A DNA stretch of 64,000 bases from Eubacteriales bacterium (GTDB lineage Bacteria; Bacillota; Clostridia; Oscillospirales; CAG-272), in contig JBGVRH010000074.1 of NCBI GenBank assembly GCA_045128275.1, positions 9,938 to 73,937 of the forward strand, given 5' to 3'. Shown in pieces: positions 46,223 through 57,969 of this stretch. Positions within the stretch are counted from its first letter, which is position 1, and each line of letters begins with the position of its first letter. Below the pieces are notes generated by a model. That model worked only from the letters and a program-made list of their open reading frames with translations. It did no database searches and had not been told where the DNA came from. A program made the translations under genes and the position numbers.

Positions 46223-47233
46223 TTACTTTCTCTTCAGCTTCCCCACCACGCGGCCACAGCAGGCCACGTCCTCGAAGTCCTTGAGGGGGATGGGGGCGTA
46301 TTTGGGGTTCAGGGAAATGAGATGATCGCCGCCGTACTTCTTGAAGTAGCCCGCGCCGTCCAGGACGAAGATGCCCAGCTCGCCCTCTTCCACGGTGTCG
46401 GCGGTCTGGATGAGGAGGATATCCCCCGAGCGGTACTTAGGCTCCATGCTGTCTCCGTTGATGCGGAGGGCGTAGTCGGCCTCGGCGGTACGGGGATCGT
46501 CGGGAATGGTAATCTCCTCCACGCGGTCGGCATCCGACAAAAACTCACCGATACCCGCCGACACAGGGAAATCGTACAGCCCGATGCTTCGGCGGCGGAG
46601 GCCTGCAGGGAGGCTGTCGGAGCGGGTGAGGAGGGAGCGGGGGATGGCAGGCTCGGAAGGAGCGGCGGTATCGGTCTGCGCCCCGCCTCGGATGAGGTCG
46701 GCGGCGGTGATGGAGGCGGCGGGGGTCACGGCATCAGCCGCGGAGGCAGTCTCCTCGGGGAGGGCATCGGACATAGTGACGCGGAAGGCGGCATCGGCGG
46801 CATCGTTCTCCTCGGGGCGACGGAGGCGGGGAGCCCCTCGGCGGGCACCTCGGCGGGCCAGATCGTGGAGCTTGATGGCCTCCTCGTCGGCCTGTCGCTC
46901 GGCGCGGGTGCGCTCCATGTCCATCACGGCCAGGGTCAGAGCGCGGCCGTAGCTATCCAGCTCGCGGTAGGACTCCACCAGGGTCATCTCCTCGGGCTCC
47001 AGGGTATAGTTGTTGGTATTCTCGGGGACACCCGTGATGAGCCAATCCAGCGAGCAATCCAGGGCGCGGCTGATGGCCACGATGTTGGACAGCTTGGGGG
47101 AATCGCTGATGCCCGCCAGGAGCTTGGACAGGGTTCCCAGGGGGATGCCCGTCATCTCCGAGAGCTTGTCGTTGGTGATCTTACGGCTGCTCTTGAGCTT
47201 TTTGATCCGTTCCAGATAGGTTTCCTGTTCCAT
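46223..47233 (-). CDS. LexA/CI-like repressor: XRE HTH plus S24 peptidase domain
   Basis: Trimmed to ATG 47233. HTH ITNDKLSEMTGIPLGTLSKLL. C-terminal INGDSMEP...G...FKKY S24 signature. Long Ala/Arg/Asp-rich linker. Confidence 0.8.
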   Translation of the reverse strand: MEQETYLERIKKLKSSRKITNDKLSEMTGIPLGTLSKLLAGISDSPKLSNIVAISRALDCSLDWLITGVPENTNNYTLEPEEMTLVESYRELDSYGRALTLAVMDMERTRAERQADEEAIKLHDLARRGARRGAPRLRRPEENDAADAAFRVTMSDALPEETASAADAVTPAASITAADLIRGGAQTDTAAPSEPAIPRSLLTRSDSLPAGLRRRSIGLYDFPVSAGIGEFLSDADRVEEITIPDDPRTAEADYALRINGDSMEPKYRSGDILLIQTADTVEEGELGIFVLDGAGYFKKYGGDHLISLNPKYAPIPLKDFEDVACCGRVVGKLKRK

Positions 47234-47331
47234 GGCCACTCCGTTCCCGCTGTCGGCGGTTTCTTTATTGGAATTATTATAGCACATTTTTTGTCGTTTG
47301 TAAAGGGGTTTCGGAAATTATTTTTCCGAAT

Positions 47332-48705
47332 TCAGCCGATTTTTTCGAGAACGGCGGTGATCGCCTGCCCCAAGGGCTCCAGGGCGGCCTTGGCCTCGTC
47401 AAAGGTGTTCCCCGCCGCCCCCATCTCCACGGTCAGCACCCGTACGTCCCCCAGGTCGCTCACCATCCCGCCGCCGCTCTTGACCCGCACGGGGCGGCTC
47501 AGGGAGGGGTGGATCTCCCACAGCTCCTGCCGCAGGGCCAGTGCCACGGCGAGATCATGCCCCAGAGCGGCGGATCCCCGCCCCCCGCTGACCGACAGGC
47601 GGATCTGGGCGCAGGGAGCTTGCCCGCCTCTTCCGTCTGTGCGGAGGATGCCTCCCTCCGCCGTCAGCTCGGCGGAACGGCGCAGGTCTATGACCAGCCC
47701 GATATCAGGGTAGAGACGGCAGTAGTAGCGAATGGCGGCCTCGGTGCGGTCACGGAAATTGGCGGCGGATTCCTCGGGGGTAGTGGCCAAGCGGAGGTGG
47801 ATGACCGTGACGCCCAGCTCCCGCAGGCGGCGGGCCAGGGCAGAGCCGAGAGCCACCACCCCATCGGGGGCGTTGGGGGAAACGGTGAGAGCCAGGCCTC
47901 CCGTGGCGGGATCGTACCAGGCCGCGCCGTCGCCGTAGCCCTCGTAGGGATGGGTGTTGATCATCAGGACGGCGGGAGCTGCAGTCTTCCAGGGAGAATC
48001 GGTGGGGAGGGTGGCGGGAAGATCCGCTCCCGCGTTGTCGATATAGCCCGCACCGCGGTCGGGGCAGCTCAGGTCTTGGGAAACGATGGGGTAGCAACCG
48101 TCGGGGATGGGGATGGGCGGCTCGGTCTCGGGCAGGTCGGTGAGCGGCTCGGTCGCCTCGGAGGGAGGATCGGTCACGGTAGCGGGCGGATCGGTTACAT
48201 CAATGGGCGGCTCGCTCTCGCTTTCGGTAGCCGTCTGGGGGGCGGTGTCGGTTGGATCGGTAGGGACAGAATGGATCGTCTCGGTTTCAACCGTCAGGGT
48301 ATCGGTGGGATCCCCCTCGCTTTCGGGAGGAGAGGTCAGCTCCTCGGGGAGAGTATCGGTCTCGGGATCGGGATCGGCTATGTCCGTGGGCTCTTCAGCG
48401 GCGGTGTCGGTTTCGATGCCCCGCTCTGTTTCTGTGACGGGTTCCCATGGGAGAGAGAAGCCGCCGTGCAGACCTCCTCCGAGGCCCTGGGATCGCCTCC
48501 CGCCCATCCACAGTCCCAGGAGCGTCACCCCCACCGCTACCGCCGCCAATGCCACCGCCGCTCGGCGCGGGGGCGTCCACCGTATGGGCGGGAACAGATC
48601 GTCTAATAATATGTAGAGCTTTGACCGCCTCACGCGGGCGGAAGGGGGGCCCACGTTGGGAGCCCTGGCGGGGAGGTGGGGGCTACGGTCTTGTTGGGTA
48701 TTCAT
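47332..48705 (-). CDS. spoIIP: stage II sporulation protein P-like amidase
   Basis: Trimmed to ATG 48705 after AGGAGG. TM anchor, Thr/Pro/Glu/Asp-rich linker, C-terminal SpoIIP-like domain. Conserved gpr-spoIIP adjacency. Confidence 0.75.
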   Translation of the reverse strand: MNTQQDRSPHLPARAPNVGPPSARVRRSKLYILLDDLFPPIRWTPPRRAAVALAAVAVGVTLLGLWMGGRRSQGLGGGLHGGFSLPWEPVTETERGIETDTAAEEPTDIADPDPETDTLPEELTSPPESEGDPTDTLTVETETIHSVPTDPTDTAPQTATESESEPPIDVTDPPATVTDPPSEATEPLTDLPETEPPIPIPDGCYPIVSQDLSCPDRGAGYIDNAGADLPATLPTDSPWKTAAPAVLMINTHPYEGYGDGAAWYDPATGGLALTVSPNAPDGVVALGSALARRLRELGVTVIHLRLATTPEESAANFRDRTEAAIRYYCRLYPDIGLVIDLRRSAELTAEGGILRTDGRGGQAPCAQIRLSVSGGRGSAALGHDLAVALALRQELWEIHPSLSRPVRVKSGGGMVSDLGDVRVLTVEMGAAGNTFDEAKAALEPLGQAITAVLEKIG

Positions 48706-48789
48706 GATCTTCCTCCTTTTTCGGTTTCTTTGCTTCACCCATATATATGCGGCAGTTTTGGGGAAAATGAATCAAATTTGGGTTTGCCT

Positions 48790-48975
48790 GGGCGAAGCCC
48801 GTCACGCCCGAAGGGCATCGTTCCTCTCCGTTGCGCCCAACGGGCGCACATCATTTGCCCCATCGGGGCAACATCATTTCACCGCGGGTCACCGCGGTGA
48901 ACATCATTGCGCCTGCGGTTTCGTCCGCGGCGCACATCGTTTGCGGTTGATCGGAACGATAAACCGCTCGCAATC
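48790..48975. repeat. second hairpin/AAATGATGT-spacer array, inverted relative to 12978-13117
   Basis: Plus strand shows ACATCATT spacers at 48848, 48871 and 48901 (ACATCGTT at 48934). Hairpins at 48790-800, 48806-16, 48832-48, 48856-70, 48878-901, 48909-33 and 48942-66. Confidence 0.8.
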
Positions 48976-49013
48976 GCCTGCCACATAAGCGCAAAGTCCA
49001 CAGGATCATGCCT

Positions 49014-49913
49014 TTAGATCTCCCCCACCCCAAAGGCCAGATCCAGCCCTCGCGCCAGCAAGCGGCAGGTCAGCTCCACCACCTCATCGCTGTCCTTGGG
49101 GGAGACGATGAAGCTCCGTCCCGTCTCCAGCACCTCCTCCAGCGCGGGAGAGATCCCGCCGTCCGTCATCCCCGCCCGCTCCAGGACGTCCCAGACCAGG
49201 GTGGAGGAGTCCACCACCGTAGGCACGCCCACCCCCAGGACGGGACAGCCCATGGCCGCGCGGTCGATGGCCAGACGGTGGTTGCCGATCCCCGCCCCGG
49301 GGGAGATGCCCCCGTCCGAGAGCTGGACGGTAGAGGACAGTCGCTCCACCCGTCTCGCCGCCAGGGCATCCACCGCCACAATGAGATGAGGCCTTACCAG
49401 CTCTACCGCGCATTTCACCAGCTCCCCCGACTCCATCCCCGTCTGTCCCAGCACCCCGGGGGAGATGGCGGCCAGCTCGCAGCAGCCCAGGGCGGTGAAC
49501 AGGCTCTCGTCATAGCCCTTCAGGTGGCGGGTCACGGTCATGCGGCGCACCGTTCCCGGGCCAATGGCATCGGGTGTCATGTGGGGATTCCCCAGGCCCG
49601 CTACCAGGATACGGCAGGCAGAGTCGGGCACCCTTCCCAGCAGAGCCTCGGCCATGCGCCGCAGCTCCCGCGAAAGAAGCTCGGCCAGGGCGGGCAGATC
49701 CCCCTCACCCCGCTCGGTGATCCGCCCCAGCGCCAACGTCACCGAGCGACCACCGTTCTCCTCCCGTCGGCGCGTGACGGTTACGGGGGACTGTCCCACC
49801 GAAACGGTCTCCTCCCGGATCTCGGCGGCGGGGGATGCCGACTCGCAGGCCAGGTCGGTGCGGACGCAGTTCTCGGCCAAAGAGGCACTTTTTTTCGGCT
49901 GATTCAGTTCCAT
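49014..49913 (-). CDS. gpr: GPR spore germination endopeptidase (peptidase A25)
   Basis: Trimmed to ATG 49913 after GGGAGGAG. RTDLACE..., ILVAGLGNPHMTPDAIGP, VDALAAR, ISPGAGIGN. Confidence 0.9.
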   Translation of the reverse strand: MELNQPKKSASLAENCVRTDLACESASPAAEIREETVSVGQSPVTVTRRREENGGRSVTLALGRITERGEGDLPALAELLSRELRRMAEALLGRVPDSACRILVAGLGNPHMTPDAIGPGTVRRMTVTRHLKGYDESLFTALGCCELAAISPGVLGQTGMESGELVKCAVELVRPHLIVAVDALAARRVERLSSTVQLSDGGISPGAGIGNHRLAIDRAAMGCPVLGVGVPTVVDSSTLVWDVLERAGMTDGGISPALEEVLETGRSFIVSPKDSDEVVELTCRLLARGLDLAFGVGEI

Positions 49914-50092
49914 TCTGCTCCTCCCGAACAGTATTTTCGGGGGGCGAGCCCCCTTTCGGGAGATAGTGTGCCTCACCCGCCAAAAGCCTATGCGCGAAAA
50001 GCAAAAACGCCCAACGCCGTGTACAAAATGCACAGTTTTCAGCCGTGGTTGTTGTGCAACCGTCCAAAACTGAAAAATATACTCATTTGCTT

Positions 50093-50121
50093 ATTGATTC
50101 GGAGGGAATTGTATGATATAA
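50093..50121 (+). promoter_or_regulatory. sigmaA promoter for the family-5 SBP gene
   Basis: TTGATT (50093-98), 17 nt, TGaTATAAT (-10 at 50116-21). Confidence 0.6.
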
Positions 50122-50196
50122 TAGTGTGAGAAAACTGTATACGTGTCCCCAAATGACCTTTGGAGGCACCGCACAACAAGGAGGAAATACCCAACC

Positions 50197-52263
50197 ATGA
50201 TGAAGCGTATCTTTGCGTTGCTTCTCTGTGCCGCTACCCTGCTCACCTGCTTCGCCTTTGTCGGCTGTGAGTTCGAGGACAAGAAGAAGACCGAGAAAAA
50301 GGAAGAGGACAAGGGTCAGTACATCACCGCATACCTGACCGATAACGTCTACGACCTTGACCCCGCCAAGGCTTACACCAACGAGGCCGTGGCCAACGTG
50401 GTCAGCCTGATGTTCGACACCCTGTTCAAGCTGGACGAGAACGGTAAGGTCAAGAAGTCCCTCGTCGAGGAGTACGTCATCGAGGAGAACGAGGCCGCCG
50501 GTGAGTACACCATGAAGCTCTACCTGAAGACCACCAACTGGTCCGACGGTACCGCCGTCTCCGCCAACGATATCGTCTTCGCTTGGAAGCGTCTCCTTGA
50601 GGTGGACGTCAACTACGAGGCCGCCGCCCTTCTGTTCGACATCAAGAACGCACGCGCCGCCAAGGAGGGTGATGCCTCCATCGACGACGTGGGCATCTAC
50701 CCCGCCGAGCAGCAGATGCTGGAGATCAACTTTGAGGGCAAGATCGACTACGATCAGTTCATGCTGAACCTGACCAGCCTGGCTCTCGCTCCCCTGCGCG
50801 ACGACATCGTCTCCAAGTCCGACGACTGGGCCAAGAAGCCCGGTACCATGGTCTGCAGCGGCCCCTTCAAGCTGGGCCGTGTCAACGTGAAGACCTCTAC
50901 CGATAAGACCGAGAACTACTTCGACGCTCTCCACGAGTACGTCGATGACAACGGCTTTGACAAGATCGGTATCGAGGGTGCCAGACAGTCCATCACCGAC
51001 TTCATGCTGGAGCGCAACATCTACTACTTCCGTGACAACGAGGAGGACCGTCTGAAGAAGTCCGTCACTCCTTACAAGATCACCGTGGACTGCTCTCTGA
51101 CCGATGAGCAGCTGGTGGCTATGTACGATGCCGGTATGGTCATGTACATCGCTGACGTGCCTCTGGCACTCCGCAAGGACAGCTCCATTGCCGCCGATGC
51201 CGTGATCGCCGATAAGTCCTTCTCCACCAACTCCATCTACCTCAACCAGAATGCCATCGTGGACAACGGCACCGAGGAGGGCGCAAAGCTCTTCGCTGAT
51301 GCCAAGGTTCGCCAGGCTCTGTCTCTGGCCATTGACCGTAACGCCATCGTGGACGCCGTCGTCTACGCTCAGGCCGCTACCGGTCTGGTTCCCACCGGTG
51401 TGTTTGAGTCCGGCAACCGCAAGGTTCTGTTCCGCGACGCCTGCACCACTACTTACGAGAACCTGGGCACCGACGCCGCTAAGGCCGCCGCTCTGCTGTC
51501 CGAGGCCGGCATCAAGCCCTCCCAGTACACCTTCGAGCTGACCGTCGCCGCTTACGACGAGGTCCACTGCGCCATCGCCGACATCATCGTGGAGAACTGG
51601 AAGGCCCTGGGCTTCAACGTCTCCGCCAAGAAGATCGGTACCATCCAGAACAACGACTGGTACAAGTACACCGAGTCTGTCCCCGCAGATATCTGCGATG
51701 ACCTCTACGCCGAGGAGCTGCGCGCCGGTTCCTTCCAGGCCATCATCTTCGACTACGTGGCATTCTCCGCCGATCCCTTCTCGATGCTGGCTCCCTTCGC
51801 CAAGCCCTTCTCGGGCCGCGGCATGGATATGTCCAACCCCGATGAGTACCTGCTGACCCCCCACATCACCGGCTACGACAGCGAGGAGTACAACGCTCTG
51901 ATGGAGAAGATCTTCGCAGAGAAGACCGTCGCTAACCGCGCCGAGGATCTCCGCGCCGCCGAGGGTATGCTGATGGCTGATATGCCCATCATCCCCGTGG
52001 TCTTCAACCTGGATGCCTCTGTGACCTCCAAGCAGCTCAAGGGTACCGATGTGAACTACTACAACGATCTGACCTTCCAGAAGGCCAAGATCAGCGGCTA
52101 CTCCAAGTACCTGGAGGCCGGTAAGGCTTACGTCACCGCCAACTTCAGCGAGCTGAAGTTCACCGAGTGCAACGAGTGCGCTTACAAGGAGTTCGAGCTG
52201 TTCAAGACCGCCAACACCATCTACTCCCAGTACTTCCTGGACGAGAAGGAGGAGAAGAAGTAA
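50197..52263 (+). CDS. ABC transporter substrate-binding lipoprotein, family 5 (peptide/nickel type)
   Basis: Trimmed to ATG 50197 after AGGAGG. Lipobox AFVGC. SBP_bac_5-like features throughout. Confidence 0.8.
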   Translation: MMKRIFALLLCAATLLTCFAFVGCEFEDKKKTEKKEEDKGQYITAYLTDNVYDLDPAKAYTNEAVANVVSLMFDTLFKLDENGKVKKSLVEEYVIEENEAAGEYTMKLYLKTTNWSDGTAVSANDIVFAWKRLLEVDVNYEAAALLFDIKNARAAKEGDASIDDVGIYPAEQQMLEINFEGKIDYDQFMLNLTSLALAPLRDDIVSKSDDWAKKPGTMVCSGPFKLGRVNVKTSTDKTENYFDALHEYVDDNGFDKIGIEGARQSITDFMLERNIYYFRDNEEDRLKKSVTPYKITVDCSLTDEQLVAMYDAGMVMYIADVPLALRKDSSIAADAVIADKSFSTNSIYLNQNAIVDNGTEEGAKLFADAKVRQALSLAIDRNAIVDAVVYAQAATGLVPTGVFESGNRKVLFRDACTTTYENLGTDAAKAAALLSEAGIKPSQYTFELTVAAYDEVHCAIADIIVENWKALGFNVSAKKIGTIQNNDWYKYTESVPADICDDLYAEELRAGSFQAIIFDYVAFSADPFSMLAPFAKPFSGRGMDMSNPDEYLLTPHITGYDSEEYNALMEKIFAEKTVANRAEDLRAAEGMLMADMPIIPVVFNLDASVTSKQLKGTDVNYYNDLTFQKAKISGYSKYLEAGKAYVTANFSELKFTECNECAYKEFELFKTANTIYSQYFLDEKEEKK

Positions 52264-52292
52264 TTCTTCCCGCCCATTCCTCATAACCGATC

Positions 52293-52323
52293 ATCCCCCC
52301 GCAATCGCGGGGGGATTTTTTTG
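52293..52323 (+). terminator. rho-independent terminator
   Basis: ATCCCCCCGC-AATC-GCGGGGGGAT followed by T7. Confidence 0.85.
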
Positions 52324-52352
52324 GTTTCGGGAGGGATTTTTTGCAAAATATA

Positions 52353-52381
52353 TAGACAAGGCGGGGGTTTTGTGCTATAAT
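52353..52381 (+). promoter_or_regulatory. sigmaA promoter for the MBL-gltX-glnS block
   Basis: TAGACA (52353-58), 17 nt, TGcTATAAT (-10 at 52376-81). Confidence 0.5.
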
Positions 52382-52437
52382 AATAGAATGAATAAAGTGG
52401 GGGAGTGTGTCCCCGCCACGAAAGGAGGATCCACGCC

Positions 52438-53058
52438 TTGCAGATCATCAACCTGTTCCCCGGCTCCTACGGCTCCAACTGCTACCTCATTGAGGACAGC
52501 GGTGAGGCTCTCATCGTAGACCCCTCCGCGGCCGCCTCCGCCATTCTGCGCAAGCTCCGCGAGGACGGCTGTACCCCCGTGGGCATCCTGCTCACTCACG
52601 GTCACTTCGACCACATCATGTCGGTGGACACCCTGCGCCAGGCCGAGCCAGGTCTCAAGGTCTACATCCACGAGGGGGATGCTCCTATGCTGACCGATGC
52701 CGACAAGAACGGCTTCTCCTTCTTCTTTCGCCAGGATCGGGTCTGGAACGCCGCCGATATTCTTCTGCGTGACGGAGATGAGATCAAGGTAGGCAATGCC
52801 ACCTTCACCGTGGTTCACACCCCAGGTCATTCTCCCGGCTCCTCCTGCTTCCTCTGTCAGTCCGAGGGCATCATGCTGACGGGCGACACCCTCTTTGCCG
52901 ACAACATCGGGCGGTGCGACCTGTGGGGCGGAAGCTACGCCACCATCCGTCAGTCCCTGAAGCGTCTGCGGGACTACGACGGCACCCTGACCATCCTCCC
53001 CGGCCACGGCGACAGCAATACCCTGTCCAAGGCTCTGGACAACACCATGTATATTTGA
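52438..53058 (+). CDS. MBL-fold metallo-hydrolase
   Basis: TTG start 9 nt after AGGAGG. THGHFDH metal motif. Confidence 0.8.
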   Translation: MQIINLFPGSYGSNCYLIEDSGEALIVDPSAAASAILRKLREDGCTPVGILLTHGHFDHIMSVDTLRQAEPGLKVYIHEGDAPMLTDADKNGFSFFFRQDRVWNAADILLRDGDEIKVGNATFTVVHTPGHSPGSSCFLCQSEGIMLTGDTLFADNIGRCDLWGGSYATIRQSLKRLRDYDGTLTILPGHGDSNTLSKALDNTMYI

Positions 53059-53092
53059 CGAAACGATTATTTCCGAAAGGATGACATAACCA

Positions 53093-54778
53093 ATGGATAT
53101 GAATTATCAAAAGTTAGCCGACCTGCTCTTCCCCCAGGTTACCGAGACCCCCGAGGAGTGCGAGGCAAGATTCCCCGCCCGCAACCTGCCTGAAGGCGCC
53201 AAGGTGACCCGCTTCGCTCCCTCCCCCACGGGATTCGTCCACTTTGGCGGTCTGTTCCCCGTCATGGTGGGTGAGCGTCTGGCTCACCAGTCGGGCGGTG
53301 TGTTCTACCTCCGTATCGAGGACACCGATGCCAAGCGCGAGGTGCCCGGTGCCGCCGAGGGTCTCATCACCACTCTGGAGCGCTACGGCATCCACTTCGA
53401 CGAGGGCGCCATCCTCGGCCCCGACGGCAAGGTGACGGATATCGGTGACTACGGCCCCTACAAGCAGAGCCTCCGCGCCCACCTCTACCACGTCTTCGCC
53501 AAGAAGCTGGTGGCCGAGGGCAAGGCTTACCCCGTGTTCACCACCGAGGAGGAGCTGGATGCCCTGAAGGCAACCGACAAGAAGGCCGAGATCAAGAACG
53601 TGGACTGGGAGGCCGAAGCCGCCGCTCGTAAGGCGGAGATGCTGTCCCACCGTGAGTTCACCATGGAGGACGTGGAGGCCAATCTGGCCGCGGGCAATCC
53701 TTGGGTGCTTCGCCTCTTGTCCGACGGTGACGGTGAGAAGAAGATCACCTTCCAGGATCTGGTGCGCGGCAAGCTGGAGATGCCCGTCAACGACGAGGAC
53801 TTCGTGCTTCTGAAGTCCGACGGTATCCCCACCTACCACTTCGCCCACGCCGTGGACGATCACCTCATGGGCACCAACCTCGTCATCCGCGGCGAGGAGT
53901 GGCTCCCCTCCCTCCCCAAGCACCTCCAGCTCTTCTACTACCTGGGCTTCAAGGCTCCCAAATACATGCACATCTCCCAGATCATGCGCCTGGACGAGTT
54001 TGGGAACAAGAAGAAGCTCTCCAAGCGCGACATGGGCGCGAATCTGGACGATTACGCCAAGATGGGCTACTGCGCCGAGGCGGTGGCCGAGTACGTGCTG
54101 ACTCTGCTGAACTCCAACTTTGAGGAGTGGAGAGCCGCCAACACTACCCTGCCCTACACCGATTTCCCCTTCAACATCAAGAAGATGTCGGCCTCGGGCT
54201 GTCTCTTTGACTTCCAGAAGCTGAACGACGTGTCCAAGAACGTCCTCTCCCGCATGAGTGCCGAGGAGGTCTACGCCAAGTATACCGCATGGGCTTCCGA
54301 GTACGATGCCGAGATGAACGCTCTGATCACCGCGGATCCCGACTACGCCAAGGCCATCTTCGCCATCGGCCGCGGCGGCAAGAAGCCCCGCAAGGACTTC
54401 ACGGTCTGGACCGACGTGCGCCCCTACCTGGACTTCTTCTACGATGACCTGTTCACCATCAAGGACGCCTTCCCCGAGGGCACCGATATGGCCGACGTGA
54501 AGGCCACCATCGCCGCCTTCAAGGCCACCTACGATTCCGCCGACGAGATGACCGTCTGGTTCGACAAGGTCAAGGCCATCGCCACCGACCTGGGCTACGC
54601 CGCCGACATGAAGGCCTACAAGGCTGATCCCACCGCCTTCAAGGGCAGTGTGGCGGATATCTCGGGCTTCCTCCGTCTGGCTGTGACGGGCAAGCTCAAC
54701 GCTCCCGATCTCTACACCGTCATGCAGATGCTGGGCAAGGATCGCGTCTTCGCCCGTCTGGACAAGTTTGTCGGTTGA
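53093..54778 (+). CDS. gltX: glutamate--tRNA ligase
   Basis: RFAPSPTGFVHFGG (HIGH-like), RIEDTD, KLSKRD (KMSKS-like). 561 aa, longer than typical bacterial GluRS. Confidence 0.9.
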   Translation: MDMNYQKLADLLFPQVTETPEECEARFPARNLPEGAKVTRFAPSPTGFVHFGGLFPVMVGERLAHQSGGVFYLRIEDTDAKREVPGAAEGLITTLERYGIHFDEGAILGPDGKVTDIGDYGPYKQSLRAHLYHVFAKKLVAEGKAYPVFTTEEELDALKATDKKAEIKNVDWEAEAAARKAEMLSHREFTMEDVEANLAAGNPWVLRLLSDGDGEKKITFQDLVRGKLEMPVNDEDFVLLKSDGIPTYHFAHAVDDHLMGTNLVIRGEEWLPSLPKHLQLFYYLGFKAPKYMHISQIMRLDEFGNKKKLSKRDMGANLDDYAKMGYCAEAVAEYVLTLLNSNFEEWRAANTTLPYTDFPFNIKKMSASGCLFDFQKLNDVSKNVLSRMSAEEVYAKYTAWASEYDAEMNALITADPDYAKAIFAIGRGGKKPRKDFTVWTDVRPYLDFFYDDLFTIKDAFPEGTDMADVKATIAAFKATYDSADEMTVWFDKVKAIATDLGYAADMKAYKADPTAFKGSVADISGFLRLAVTGKLNAPDLYTVMQMLGKDRVFARLDKFVG

Positions 54779-54822
54779 TCCCCCGCAAAACCATCTTTCA
54801 ATTCTGAAAGGATAAGAATATT

Positions 54823-56481
<1,659 letters not shown>

Positions 56482-56553
56482 TTTTCCCCGATGATCAGGG
56501 CGCGTTACGTGCCCTTACATACAGCATCCCACAACACGGAAAGGAGAATTCCC

Positions 56554-56871
56554 ATGCCCGATCTGCCCATCCATCTCTTCTGGCTCATCTTCTTTGCTTA
56601 CATCATCGTGGTTTCCATCTGCTCCATCGTGGTCTGCATCTACGATAAGAAGATCTCCAAGCGCAACAACGTCAAGCTCCGCATCCCCGAGAAGTCCCTG
56701 TTCATCTGGTCGGCGATCGGCGGCTCGGTGGCCATGTATATCACCATGCAGCTCATGCGCCACAAGACCAAGCACGTGTCCTTCATGGTGGGTATCCCCG
56801 TGATCTTCGTGCTGCAGGTCGCACTCATCGGTGCGCTGGCCTATTTCGGCATCCTGCCTCCCCTGTTCTGA
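56554..56871 (+). CDS. DUF1294-family membrane protein
   Basis: Trimmed to ATG 56554 after AAGGAG. YDKKISKRNNVKLRIPEKSL...GGSVAM...RHKTKH. Confidence 0.8.
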   Translation: MPDLPIHLFWLIFFAYIIVVSICSIVVCIYDKKISKRNNVKLRIPEKSLFIWSAIGGSVAMYITMQLMRHKTKHVSFMVGIPVIFVLQVALIGALAYFGILPPLF

Positions 56872-56885
56872 CCCAAGTGTAACAA

Positions 56886-56921
56886 AACGGCTACCGTTCA
56901 TGTGCGGTAGCCGTTTTCTTT
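56886..56921 (+). terminator. rho-independent terminator (bidirectional)
   Basis: AACGGCTACCG-TTCATGTG-CGGTAGCCGTT followed by TTCTTT. Confidence 0.75.
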
Positions 56922-57969
56922 ATGGGAGAGGGGTCTCCTCCCCGTCGTATACGGGGCGAGAGATCTCGGTATCGAGGAGAGCGAGGCGTGCCTTGAGGTC
57001 AGCGGTGGGCAGGAGGGTGGGATCGTACAGCCAATCCAGGAGGATGCTCTGCTGGGGCAGCTCACCCTCTCCGCGCGGGTGGATGAGCTCAGGGAAAGGG
57101 TAGAGATCTAGACCGGCCAATGCAGCGGCACCGACCGGGCGAGTATGAATGTCCCAGATCTGTGGATCATAGGAGGGGAGGACGGGATAGCGCAGGGTGA
57201 GGGTCAGCCCTTCGTGGCTTGTCTCATCGGGTAGCTCCAGGCAACAAACACCGCCGCGGGTGGCGGATCGGTCGCGGATCTCGGTCAGAAGGCAGAGGAG
57301 AACCGCCTCCAGCAGGAGCGGGCGGTAGCAACCGACGCGGGTATGAAGATTGACCGGATGATTCGGATGCTTGCGGCGAAGGGTAAAGGTGAGGTCACAG
57401 CCCACAAAGGCGGCCATGCTCCGCATGCCTTCGCGGAGCTCGGCAAGGGATACGCGACGGTGCATATCCACGGGAAACAGGGAAGGCGGCGTGCTTTGAA
57501 GAGCCTCGCAAGCCTCCATCAAGGGGCGGTAGGAGGCTTCGTCCTTGGCCGTGACGGCAGAGCCTGCATCCCGCACACGCGCCGATACCAGCATTCCTGC
57601 GGGGTTTCCCATGCGATTGACCAAACGGGCGGCTGAAAGGGGATCGGCATGAATGTGGAGGTAGAGCCCCAGCCCCGCCGAGAGGGCATAGCGGTTCCAC
57701 AGGACACCCAGACCCAGCTTGGTCATAACAAGGAGGGGGCGAGTGGCCTCCCGCTTTTCGCTGATATAGGCCAAGGCCTCCTCCGAAAGCTCCAGGCAAT
57801 CGAGGAGATTGTCCCCCACCTGAACCGTGTTGATATCAGGCACACGGGCGGCTACCACACGGCCGAGATCGCTATCGGTTCTGAAGAGGGCAAAGCTCAT
57901 GCTGAAGAAGTCGGGGGCCAAAGGGAGGGTCGGATCTGTCCATAGCTTTTGGGTGGCGGAGGGCTTCAC
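56920..57969 (-). CDS. hypothetical protein (349 aa)
   Basis: GTG start 7 nt after AAAGGAGA. No motif recognised. Confidence 0.6.
   Translation of the reverse strand: MKPSATQKLWTDPTLPLAPDFFSMSFALFRTDSDLGRVVAARVPDINTVQVGDNLLDCLELSEEALAYISEKREATRPLLVMTKLGLGVLWNRYALSAGLGLYLHIHADPLSAARLVNRMGNPAGMLVSARVRDAGSAVTAKDEASYRPLMEACEALQSTPPSLFPVDMHRRVSLAELREGMRSMAAFVGCDLTFTLRRKHPNHPVNLHTRVGCYRPLLLEAVLLCLLTEIRDRSATRGGVCCLELPDETSHEGLTLTLRYPVLPSYDPQIWDIHTRPVGAAALAGLDLYPFPELIHPRGEGELPQQSILLDWLYDPTLLPTADLKARLALLDTEISRPVYDGEETPLP

Noticed and set aside
53059-54822. T-box or other leader elements upstream of gltX and glnS, and the gltX-glnS tandem itself.
   Set aside because: The intergenic gaps are only about 34 and 44 nt, too short for a T-box. 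Having both GluRS and GlnRS is ordinary for many Firmicutes.
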